Source of the DNA: an uncultured Eubacteriales bacterium
GTDB taxonomy: Bacteria; Actinomycetota; Coriobacteriia; Anaerosomatales; JAAXUF01
Length of the DNA: 64,000 nt
NCBI GenBank assembly: GCA_964521195.1
Contig: CAZFRE010000002.1
Coordinates: 192,930-256,929 of the forward strand
Reading direction: 5' to 3'
Positions 53,842-61,633 of this stretch are shown piece after piece. The notes under the pieces are model-generated. The model ran no database searches and had not been told where the DNA came from. It saw nothing but the letters and a program-made list of their open reading frames with translations. Made by a program: the position numbers and the translations under genes. Numbering within the stretch: the first letter of the stretch is position 1; the number at the start of each line of letters is the position of its first letter.

Positions 53842-54074
53842 CAGCGCCGCTCGCTCTCTTCCGCCCGCAGGCCGCCGATGCATATCGGTGACGGGCAGCC
53901 CGGGCAGGACCGGCCGCACTCGCCGATCCATTGGCGGCAGGACGGACACTGCGTCGCGCCGGGCGTGAGCTCGCGGCCGCAGTTGGGGCACACGGTGTCT
54001 TCGGCCCACGTGTCCGAGAACAGGTCCGGGTCGTGCGGTATCGAGTATCGCTCGTGAGTGCGGTCGTCGGTCAT
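53841..54074 (-). CDS. Small double zinc-ribbon / Cys-rich protein
   Basis: 77 aa. CPNCGRE...CPSCRQWIGECGRSCPGCPSPIC. Its stop TGA shares one nt with the nitroreductase ATG (TGATG). Confidence 0.55.
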   Translation of the reverse strand: MTDDRTHERYSIPHDPDLFSDTWAEDTVCPNCGRELTPGATQCPSCRQWIGECGRSCPGCPSPICIGGLRAEESERR

Positions 54075-54211
54075 GCGTCCATTGTGCGCGAGGGCCTGTG
54101 CCGCGACAAACGCCTACGGCACCGCAACGGGATGCGATGCCGCACGTGTCATGCAGTATGCTCTCCCGAGAGTCAGGACCGCCGGAGCCCGGCGGGCACG
54201 TAAGGAGACAG

Positions 54212-54916
54212 ATGGCAGTCGTGAAGTTCTTCGTGGACCTGTTCCTCAACCTCGATGTCGTCCTGGCTTCGTGGGTTGGGACGTACGGTCCGTGGGTGTA
54301 CCTGATGATGTTCCTCATCATCTTCTGCGAGACCGGGCTCGTCGTCATGGCGGTGCTCCCCGGCGACTCGCTGCTCTTCACCGCGGGTGCGCTTGCGGCC
54401 ATCACCGGTCCCGACGGCGCACCGGTGCTCAACGTATGGCTGCTGCTCGCGCTGCTGTTCACCGCAGCGGTCCTCGGCGACGGGACGAACTACATCATCG
54501 GGCGCAAGTTCGGTCAGCGCATCCTGGATTCCGGCAAGTTCTCGCGGGTGATCAAACCCGAGTACATCGATCAGACGAACGCGTTCTATGCCAAGCACGG
54601 CGGCAAGACGATCTCGCTCGCTCGCTTCTTCCCGTTCATCCGCACGTTCGCGCCGTTCCTGGCCGGCATCGGCGGCATGGATTGGGGCCGCTTCACCTTC
54701 TTCAACGTCACCGGTGGCGCGGCGTGGGTCGGCCTGTTCGTCGGCGCGGGGTACTTCTTCGGCAACATCCCGTTCATCGCCGAGAACCTCGAGTACCTCG
54801 TCATCGGCATCATCGTCGTTTCCGTGGCGCCGACCGTCATCCACGCCATCGCCGGCCGGTTCAAGAAGCGCGCCGAGCCCACCGCGCAGCAGGCCGCCGA
54901 GGAGGGCGCCGAGTAG
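54212..54916 (+). CDS. DedA-family membrane protein
   Basis: ATG 54212 follows AAGGAG. FCETGLVVMAVLPGDSLLFTAG and GRFFPFIRTFAPFLAG are hallmark DedA motifs. Confidence 0.9.
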   Translation: MAVVKFFVDLFLNLDVVLASWVGTYGPWVYLMMFLIIFCETGLVVMAVLPGDSLLFTAGALAAITGPDGAPVLNVWLLLALLFTAAVLGDGTNYIIGRKFGQRILDSGKFSRVIKPEYIDQTNAFYAKHGGKTISLARFFPFIRTFAPFLAGIGGMDWGRFTFFNVTGGAAWVGLFVGAGYFFGNIPFIAENLEYLVIGIIVVSVAPTVIHAIAGRFKKRAEPTAQQAAEEGAE

Positions 54917-54962
54917 CCCACTCGGCACCCCCCGTGCGCGTGGCACGCGCGGCGTGTGCGGC

Positions 54963-55045
54963 GTATACTTCCCAGGAAGGCGGACTTGCGCCGCCTTCGT
55001 TGCGCCGGTTCGAGCAGACTCGCATTCGCTCGCTGCTCAACCGGC
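54963..55045 (+). repeat. Module U1: TATACT box plus hairpin A1 (54976-54998) plus hairpin B1 (55004-55045), directly upstream of the SRP RNA
   Basis: A1 is GAAGGCGG-ACTTGCG-CCGCCTTC. B1 has a 13-bp stem, GCCGGTT(C)GAGCAG / CTGCTCAACCGGC, with a bulged C. It is homologous to U2 at 55210-55284. Confidence 0.6.
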
Positions 55046-55178
<133 letters not shown>

Positions 55179-55209
55179 GTGACGACCGGGTCGCGATGTC
55201 GGAGCCCTT

Positions 55210-55284
55210 GTATACTTCCTGTAGAGGCGGACTTCGCCGCCTCTACAGGAGCGTTTCGAGCGGACTTTGCCGCTCAAACGCTCC
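55210..55284 (+). repeat. Module U2: TATACT box plus hairpin A2 (55218-55249) plus hairpin B2 (55250-55282), in the dnaX leader
   Basis: A2 is CCTGTAGAGGCGG-ACTTCG-CCGCCTCTACAGG (13 bp). B2 is AGCGTTT(C)GAGCGG-ACTTTG-CCGCTCAAACGCT (13 bp, with the same bulged C as B1). Confidence 0.6.
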
Positions 55285-55320
55285 CAGGGGGAGACTCCTC
55301 GCTTACCGAAAGGGCGGGAT

Positions 55321-57393
55321 GTGGCGCACCAGTCCTTGTATCGCAAGTACCGGCCGCAGACGTTCGACGACGTCGTGGGCCAGCAGCATATCGAGCGCAC
55401 GCTGCGCAACGCGGTGGCCGATGGGACGGTGGCGCACGCGTACCTCTTCACGGGTCCGCGCGGCACCGGCAAGACCACGACGGCGCGGTTGCTCGCCAAG
55501 GCGCTCGATTGCGTGAAGGGACCCACCGGCGAGCCTGACGGCACCTGCGAAGACTGTCTGGAGATCGCCGAAGGCCGCCACCCTGACGTCTACGAACTCG
55601 ATGCCGCGTCACGCACCGGTGTCGACAACGTCCGCGAGGAGATCATCGGTCGCGTGAGCTTCGCGCCGACCCGCGGGCGCTACAAGGTCTACATCATCGA
55701 CGAGGTCCACATGCTCTCGACGGCGGCGTTCAACGCGCTGCTCAAGACGCTCGAGGAGCCGCCAAGCCACGTCATCTTCATCCTTGCGACCACGCACCCG
55801 CACAAGGTGCCGGACACGATCCACTCGCGCTGCCAGCGGTTCGACTTCCACCGCATCAGCATCGACGAGATCGTCGGCCGCCTGCGTGTCATCTGCGATG
55901 GCGAGGGCTTCGAGGTCCCGGACGCCGCGCTCGCGCTCATCGCACGGCACGCCTCGGGCGGGATGCGCGATGCGATCACCACGCTCGAGATGCTCGCCTC
56001 GTTCACGGGCGGCACCATCGGGATCGCGGACGTCGAAGGGCTTCTCGGCGAGGTCGACTCGGCGGTGCTCTTCGAGATCGCGGGGCTTGTGGCGCACCGA
56101 GACGTCGCGGGTCTGTTCCGCTGGGTCGCGCAGTTCGCCGAGGAGGGCACTGACATCGCGGAGTTCGTGCGCGAGCTCACCGGGCACGTGCGCAACCTCT
56201 ACCTGGTCGCAGCGGTCGGAGACGCAGGCGCGACGGACTTCATCGATGCCAGCGCCGAGGAGGCCGGGCGGCTTGCGAGCCAGGCGGCCGAGTTCAGCGG
56301 TCCGGACCGGCTCGCGCGCACGCTCGAGGTGCTCGGCGAGCTGAGCAGCGAGCTGCGGTGGTCGAGCGACCAGCGACTCTCGCTCGAGGTGGCGCTGACC
56401 CGCATGGCTCGGCCCCAGGGTGAGATGACGCTCGCCGCGCTGGCCGAGCGAGTCGAGGGGTTGGAGCGCGCAGCCCTTGTGGGCGCGCTGCCCGGCGCCG
56501 GGGCCGCGAAGCCTTTCGGCTCAGGTGCTCACCCGGCGGCGGAGAGCGCCGCCATCGCAGAATCGCCGAAAGCCTCCGCGGCCCCGGCGCCGAGCAGCGC
56601 GGCGAAGGGCGCGCCGGGCTCGGCTTCTTCGGGGCGGGGGTCCGGTGAGACTTCGGGCGGTTCGACCGCCGCGGCGGCTCCCCCGGCTCCCAAGGCGCAC
56701 ACGCCCGCCGCTCCAGCGCCCGTGACTCGCGATGTCGCGCCCTCCGGCACGCTCGACCGCGCCTCGGCCAAGCGCGCGTGGCCGGCGGTTCTCGTCGAGA
56801 TCAAGAAGCTCAAGCCCGCGCGTGCGTCGCACTACGCTGATGTCGAGATCGACGTCGATCTCGACGGCTCGACGCTCGTGCTCGAGTTTCCCTCGGACGC
56901 GTCGTTTGCGATGCAGATGGCCGAGGAGCCCGAGATGCGCGACATGCTCAAGCTCGCACTCGCCTCGGTCGTCGGCTTCACGCCCGCGTTCCGCTTCCAG
57001 CTCGGTCGTGGTGCGGTCCGACCCGAGGGCGTCGAGCCGCCGTCCGGACGTCCGGTCGACGTCGACGATGTCCCGGCCGCCGGGTTCGACGACGGCCCAC
57101 CGCTCGAGTACTACGAGGCTGCGACCGGGATGGCCGAACCCACCTCGCATGCACACGGCAGCACGGGCGGCCGCGCGCGCAGCACCGCCGGCTCGCAGGG
57201 CGACCCTGCAGGCGAGCCCAAGAGCGAACTCGAGCGGTTGCTGCATGGAATGGGCGGCGAGATCATCGGCGAACACGCGGCGCCCGGCGCCGAAGGCAGC
57301 GAGAGCACGGACGGCGATATCGAGGAGTTGCCTGACACCGAGGACCGTGGCCAAGAGGGCCCGGGCCTGTTCGACACCGACGGAGAGGACTAG
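55321..57393 (+). CDS. dnaX: DNA polymerase III subunit gamma/tau
   Basis: GTG 55321 (VAHQSLYRKYRPQTFDDVVGQ) within listed ORF 55267..57393. GPRGTGKTT, zinc module CxxC (DGTCEDCLEI), DEVHMLS, and a long Ala/Pro/Ser linker. Confidence 0.9.
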   Translation: MAHQSLYRKYRPQTFDDVVGQQHIERTLRNAVADGTVAHAYLFTGPRGTGKTTTARLLAKALDCVKGPTGEPDGTCEDCLEIAEGRHPDVYELDAASRTGVDNVREEIIGRVSFAPTRGRYKVYIIDEVHMLSTAAFNALLKTLEEPPSHVIFILATTHPHKVPDTIHSRCQRFDFHRISIDEIVGRLRVICDGEGFEVPDAALALIARHASGGMRDAITTLEMLASFTGGTIGIADVEGLLGEVDSAVLFEIAGLVAHRDVAGLFRWVAQFAEEGTDIAEFVRELTGHVRNLYLVAAVGDAGATDFIDASAEEAGRLASQAAEFSGPDRLARTLEVLGELSSELRWSSDQRLSLEVALTRMARPQGEMTLAALAERVEGLERAALVGALPGAGAAKPFGSGAHPAAESAAIAESPKASAAPAPSSAAKGAPGSASSGRGSGETSGGSTAAAAPPAPKAHTPAAPAPVTRDVAPSGTLDRASAKRAWPAVLVEIKKLKPARASHYADVEIDVDLDGSTLVLEFPSDASFAMQMAEEPEMRDMLKLALASVVGFTPAFRFQLGRGAVRPEGVEPPSGRPVDVDDVPAAGFDDGPPLEYYEAATGMAEPTSHAHGSTGGRARSTAGSQGDPAGEPKSELERLLHGMGGEIIGEHAAPGAEGSESTDGDIEELPDTEDRGQEGPGLFDTDGED

Positions 57394-57397
57394 ACAC

Positions 57398-57706
57398 GTG
57401 GGCTTCGGAAACATCATGAAGCAGGCGCAGAAGATGCAGGCCAAGATGGCCGAGATGCAGGAGAAACTCAAGGACGAGGAGCTCGAGGCGTCGGCGGGCG
57501 GCGGCACCGTGAAGGTCACCATCAGCGGCGACCTCGTCGTCAAGTCGATCACCATCGACCCGAGCGCCGTCGATCCCGACGATGTCGACCTGCTGCAGGA
57601 CATGACCACCGCTGCGGTCAACGAGGCCATTCGTGCAGCCCAGGAGCTCGGCCAGCGTCGCATGGCGGAGATCACCGGTGGCATGAACATCCCGGGACTC
57701 ATGTAG
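57398..57706 (+). CDS. ybaB: YbaB/EbfC-family nucleoid-associated protein
   Basis: GTG 57398 follows GGAGAGG. GNIMKQAQKMQAKMAEMQEKL...GGGTVKVTISGD...SITIDPS is the family signature. Confidence 0.9.
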   Translation: MGFGNIMKQAQKMQAKMAEMQEKLKDEELEASAGGGTVKVTISGDLVVKSITIDPSAVDPDDVDLLQDMTTAAVNEAIRAAQELGQRRMAEITGGMNIPGLM

Positions 57707-57709
57707 CCC

Positions 57710-58306
57710 ATGCGCTACGCCCCTCCTATCGCCCGGTTGCTCGAGGAACTCGAACGCCTTCCCGGCGTCGGCCCCAAGTCCGCGCAGCGCATCGCGTACT
57801 GGTTGCTGACCGCGGACTCGGCCGACGCCGAGCGGCTCGCCTCGGCGATCACGGAAGTGAAGCGGACCATCCACTTCTGCCCGGTGTGCTTCAACTTCGC
57901 CGAGGGCGAGCTGTGCAACGTCTGCGCGGACCCCGAGCGCGACCGCACCGCGGTCTGCGTGGTCGAGGAGCCTCGCGACCTCGTGGCGGTCGACAGGACC
58001 GGCGAGTTCCGGGGGACCTACCACGTGCTGCAGGGCGCGATCTCGCCCATCGACGGCATCGGGCCGGAGCGGCTTCGCGTGCGCGAGCTCATCGACCGGC
58101 TCGGCGAGAACGAGATCACGGAGGTCGTCATCGCGACCAATCCCAACGTCGAGGGCGAGACGACCGCGCTCTACCTCGCGCGCCTCATCAAGCCGCTCGG
58201 CATCAAAGTCACGCGCATCGCGAGCGGCTTGCCGGTCGGTGGCGACCTCGAGTACGCCGACGAGGTCACGCTCGGGCGTGCGCTCGAGGCTCGCCGGGAG
58301 ATGTAG
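57710..58306 (+). CDS. recR: Recombination protein RecR
   Basis: 198 aa. [13 protein letters not shown] helix-hairpin-helix, C4 zinc finger ([16 protein letters not shown]), Toprim region. Confidence 0.95.
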   Translation: MRYAPPIARLLEELERLPGVGPKSAQRIAYWLLTADSADAERLASAITEVKRTIHFCPVCFNFAEGELCNVCADPERDRTAVCVVEEPRDLVAVDRTGEFRGTYHVLQGAISPIDGIGPERLRVRELIDRLGENEITEVVIATNPNVEGETTALYLARLIKPLGIKVTRIASGLPVGGDLEYADEVTLGRALEARREM

Positions 58307-58473
58307 TTGCCAGTTTTTGGTCGCCGTTCACCGACTCTGACGCACCGCTGGCCGCGCTTCTCGTGCCGCACGCCGACGCGCGAGGGCCGCGCCTCTATCC
58401 TTGTGTGACCTATCGCCCGGATGGGGCGGGGTACCACCCGCACAGGTGTGCTCGAGTGGAGGGAAGGACGCAC

Positions 58474-59046
58474 ATGCAGCTGACGGAGATCCGTTGGCAC
58501 GCACGCGCCGGTCAGGGTGCGGTCACGGCGGCGAAAGTCGTCGCAGAGACCGCCCTGTCGCAGGACCGGTACATGCAGGCCATGCCGGAGTACGGACCTG
58601 AGCGCATGGGGGCGCCCATCAAGGCGTTCACGCGCATCAGCGACGAGCCCATCGAGATCCACAACAACATCGAGAACCCGCACATCATCATCGTTCTCGA
58701 CGAGACCCTCATCGACGTCATCGACGTGACCGAGGGCATCCGCGACGGCGGCGTGATCATCGTGAACACGTGCACGCCGGCCGCGCAGGTCAAGGCCGCG
58801 CTCAAGCTCGACGACAGCGTGCGCGTAGCGTCCGTCGATGCCTCTGGCATCGCAGTGGACACCATCAAGCGCGACATCCCCAACACGCCCATCGTCGGCG
58901 CGCTCATCAAGGTCACGAACGTCGTCGACCTCGAGGCGTTCAAGGGCCTGCTCGCCAAGAACCTGGGCAAGAAGTTCGGCCAGGAGATGATCGATAACAA
59001 CTTCGCCGCGGTCGACCGGGCGTATGAGGAGGTGACCGTGGCATGA
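58474..59046 (+). CDS. porC: 2-oxoacid (pyruvate-type):ferredoxin oxidoreductase gamma subunit
   Basis: ATG 58474 follows GGAGGGAAGG. IRWHARAGQGAVTAAKVVAE is the typical gamma-subunit N-terminus. Confidence 0.85.
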   Translation: MQLTEIRWHARAGQGAVTAAKVVAETALSQDRYMQAMPEYGPERMGAPIKAFTRISDEPIEIHNNIENPHIIIVLDETLIDVIDVTEGIRDGGVIIVNTCTPAAQVKAALKLDDSVRVASVDASGIAVDTIKRDIPNTPIVGALIKVTNVVDLEAFKGLLAKNLGKKFGQEMIDNNFAAVDRAYEEVTVA

Positions 59047-59366
59047 GCAAGTGGGACGTGTCCAACATGGACAACTGGACGAGCGAGCAGTTCCCGCGCG
59101 GTGCGACCATCCCCGTCGCCGGCAACTCCGACGACTACTCGACCGGCGGTTGGCGCTCGGAGCGTCCGTGGCGCAACGAGGAGAAGTGCACGCAGTGCCT
59201 TCTGTGCTGGATCTTCTGTCCGGACACCTCGGTGCTCGTGAAGGACGACAAGGTCTACGACTTCGACCTGAAGCACTGCAAGGGCTGCGGCGTGTGTGCC
59301 AAGGAATGCCCCTTCGACGCCATCGACATGGTGCCCGAGGGCTGCGAACTCCCGGAGGTGAAGTAA
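59043..59366 (+). CDS. porD: 2-oxoacid:ferredoxin oxidoreductase delta subunit (2x[4Fe-4S] ferredoxin)
   Basis: Overlaps the porC stop (ATGA). CTQCLLCWIFCP and CKGCGVCAKECP cluster motifs. Confidence 0.85.
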   Translation: MSKWDVSNMDNWTSEQFPRGATIPVAGNSDDYSTGGWRSERPWRNEEKCTQCLLCWIFCPDTSVLVKDDKVYDFDLKHCKGCGVCAKECPFDAIDMVPEGCELPEVK

Positions 59367-59368
59367 CG

Positions 59369-60559
59369 ATGGCCGCTGATCAGAAGACCGTCGCCACCAC
59401 CGGCAACTCGCTCGTCGCCGAGGCGTTCCGCCAGTGTGCTCCCGACGTCGTGGCTGCGTACCCCATCACCCCGCAGACGACCATCGTCGAGGAGTTCGCG
59501 AAGTTCGTCGCGCAGGGACGTGTGCACACCGAGTACGTGTGCGTCGAGTCCGAGCACTCGGCGATGTCGGCATGCGTCGGGGCGTCGGCCGCCGGCGCGC
59601 GCGTCATGACCGCCACCTCGTCGCAGGGTCTCGCGTACATGTGGGAGCAGCTCCACATCGCGTCCGGACTGCGGCTCCCGATCGTCATGGCGAACGCGAA
59701 CCGTGCGCTCGCCGCCCCGATCAACATCCACTGCGACCACAGCGACATCATGGGCGCTCGCGACACCGGCTGGGTCATCTACTTCGCTGAGACCGCGCAG
59801 GAGGCATACGACAACACGCTCATGGCGATCCGTGTCGCGGAGCACCCGGACGTCATGCTGCCGGTCTTCACGACGCTCGACGGCTTCATCACCACCCACA
59901 CCATCGACCGCGCCCAGGTGATGGACGATGCGACCGTCTCGGCGTTCGTCGGCGAGTACAAGCCGGAGCACCCGCTGCTCGACGTCGAGAACCCCACGAG
60001 CCACGGCAACTTCGCGAGCCTCGGCGGCACCTACATGGAGTTCAAGAAGGCGCAGCGCAACGCCATCGACCGCTCCATGGCGGTCATCAAGAGCATCGGC
60101 GCCGAGTTCGCCGAACTCTCCGGACGTCCGTTCGATGTCGTCGAGGGCTGGGGCATGGAGGACGCCGAGTACGTCATCGTCGCCCTGGGTTCGACCGCAG
60201 GAAACGCGCGCCATGTCGCTCGCGAGCTGCGCGAGGAGGGCATCAAGGCCGGCGTGCTCAAGATCCGGGTCTTCCGACCGTTCCCGTTCGCTGAGGTCGC
60301 CGATGCCCTCAAGGGCGTCAAGGCCGTCGCCGTGCTCGACCGCTCCGAGTCGTTCGGCGCCGAGGGTGGCCCGCTGTACATGGAGGTCAAGAGCGCGCTC
60401 TACGACCTCGAGAACCGTCCACCGGTCGTGAACTACATCTACGGTCTCGGCGGCGCGGACGTGAAGCTCGAACTGATCAACCAGGTCTACAACGACCTGG
60501 CCGACCTAGCAGACGGTGCGACGCAGCCGGGCAGGCTCGTCTACCTCGGCGCCCGGTAG
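59369..60559 (+). CDS. porA: 2-oxoacid:ferredoxin oxidoreductase alpha subunit
   Basis: ATG 59369 in listed ORF 59051..60559. AAYPITPQT, ESEHSAMSACVGASAAGARVMTATSSQGL. Confidence 0.9.
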   Translation: MAADQKTVATTGNSLVAEAFRQCAPDVVAAYPITPQTTIVEEFAKFVAQGRVHTEYVCVESEHSAMSACVGASAAGARVMTATSSQGLAYMWEQLHIASGLRLPIVMANANRALAAPINIHCDHSDIMGARDTGWVIYFAETAQEAYDNTLMAIRVAEHPDVMLPVFTTLDGFITTHTIDRAQVMDDATVSAFVGEYKPEHPLLDVENPTSHGNFASLGGTYMEFKKAQRNAIDRSMAVIKSIGAEFAELSGRPFDVVEGWGMEDAEYVIVALGSTAGNARHVARELREEGIKAGVLKIRVFRPFPFAEVADALKGVKAVAVLDRSESFGAEGGPLYMEVKSALYDLENRPPVVNYIYGLGGADVKLELINQVYNDLADLADGATQPGRLVYLGAR

Positions 60560-60571
60560 GGAGGGACAGAC

Positions 60572-61504
60572 ATGGCAACCATCAAAGAGCTCTCCCGCCG
60601 AGAAGACCGCCTCGCCGGCGGTCACCGCCTCTGTGCGGGCTGCGGTGCCTCGATCGCCGTGCGCCAGATTCTGCTCGGAGCGGGCGAGGAGCCCGTCGTG
60701 GCAGGATGCGCGACCGGCTGCCTCGAGGTGTCGACCACGATCTACCCGTACACCTCGTGGAAGACCCCCTTCATCCACAACGCCTTCGAGAACTCCTCGG
60801 CGACGATCTCCGGGGTCGAGGCCGCGTTCAAGGGGCTGAAGGCGGCGGGCAAGATCCCAGCCGACAAGAAGGTCAAGTTCGTCGCGTTCGGCGGCGACGG
60901 TGGAACGTACGACATCGGCCTGCAGGCACTCTCCGGTGCCATGGAGCGCGGGCACGACATGGTGTACGTGTGCTACGACAACGGCGCGTACATGAACACC
61001 GGCATCCAGCGCTCCTCGGCGACGCCGTTCGGCGCGTGGGCGACCACCGCCGAGGTCGGCAAGGCGCAACAGGGCAAGATCCAGCGGCGCAAGGACCTCA
61101 CTTCGATCATCGCAGCGCACCACATCCCGTACGTCGCGCAGGGCTCGATCAGCCACTGGAAGGACCTCGCCGCAAAGGCCGAGAAGGCGTTCGCGGTCGA
61201 TGGCCCGGCGTTCATCAACGTGCTCGCGCCGTGCCCGCGTGGTTGGCGGAGCACTCCCGCGGAGACGGTCCAGATCGCCAAGGCGGCCGTGCAGACCGGC
61301 TTCTGGCCGTGCTTCGAGGTCGAGGACGGCGAGTGGCGTATGACCGTCAACGTGCGAGAGAAGAAGCCGATCGAGGAGTTCCTCAAGTCGCAGGGTCGTT
61401 TCAAGCACCTCTTCGCCGCCGGCAACGAGGAGCTGCTCGCGTCCGTGCAGGCCGAGGTCGACCGCTACTGGGAGTACATCCAGAAGCGCTGCACCTGCGG
61501 CTAG
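60572..61504 (+). CDS. porB: 2-oxoacid:ferredoxin oxidoreductase beta subunit (TPP-binding)
   Basis: CAGCG, GGDGGTYDIGLQALSGAMERGHDMVYVCYDNGAYMNTGIQ (TPP/Mg motif). Confidence 0.9.
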   Translation: MATIKELSRREDRLAGGHRLCAGCGASIAVRQILLGAGEEPVVAGCATGCLEVSTTIYPYTSWKTPFIHNAFENSSATISGVEAAFKGLKAAGKIPADKKVKFVAFGGDGGTYDIGLQALSGAMERGHDMVYVCYDNGAYMNTGIQRSSATPFGAWATTAEVGKAQQGKIQRRKDLTSIIAAHHIPYVAQGSISHWKDLAAKAEKAFAVDGPAFINVLAPCPRGWRSTPAETVQIAKAAVQTGFWPCFEVEDGEWRMTVNVREKKPIEEFLKSQGRFKHLFAAGNEELLASVQAEVDRYWEYIQKRCTCG

Positions 61505-61528
61505 CTGCCGCATCGAGGATGAATATGG

Positions 61529-61558
61529 CGGGCCCCGGGGGACGTTCTCCGGGGCCCG
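61529..61558 (+). terminator. Hairpin terminator after porB
   Basis: A 10-bp perfect stem, CGGGCCCCGG / CCGGGGCCCG, with a 10-nt loop, followed by TTCGG. Confidence 0.65.
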
Positions 61559-61633
61559 TTCGGTATACAATCGGGCGTACGCGCGCTCGATCAGACGAGG
61601 AGGGACACGCCGCGGCACGATGCGGCGCCAGTG

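Noticed and set aside
55321-57393. Programmed -1 frameshift (gamma/tau) site in dnaX
   Set aside because: No A-AAA-AAG-like slippery heptamer followed by a hairpin was noticed in the linker region. This was not exhaustively checked.
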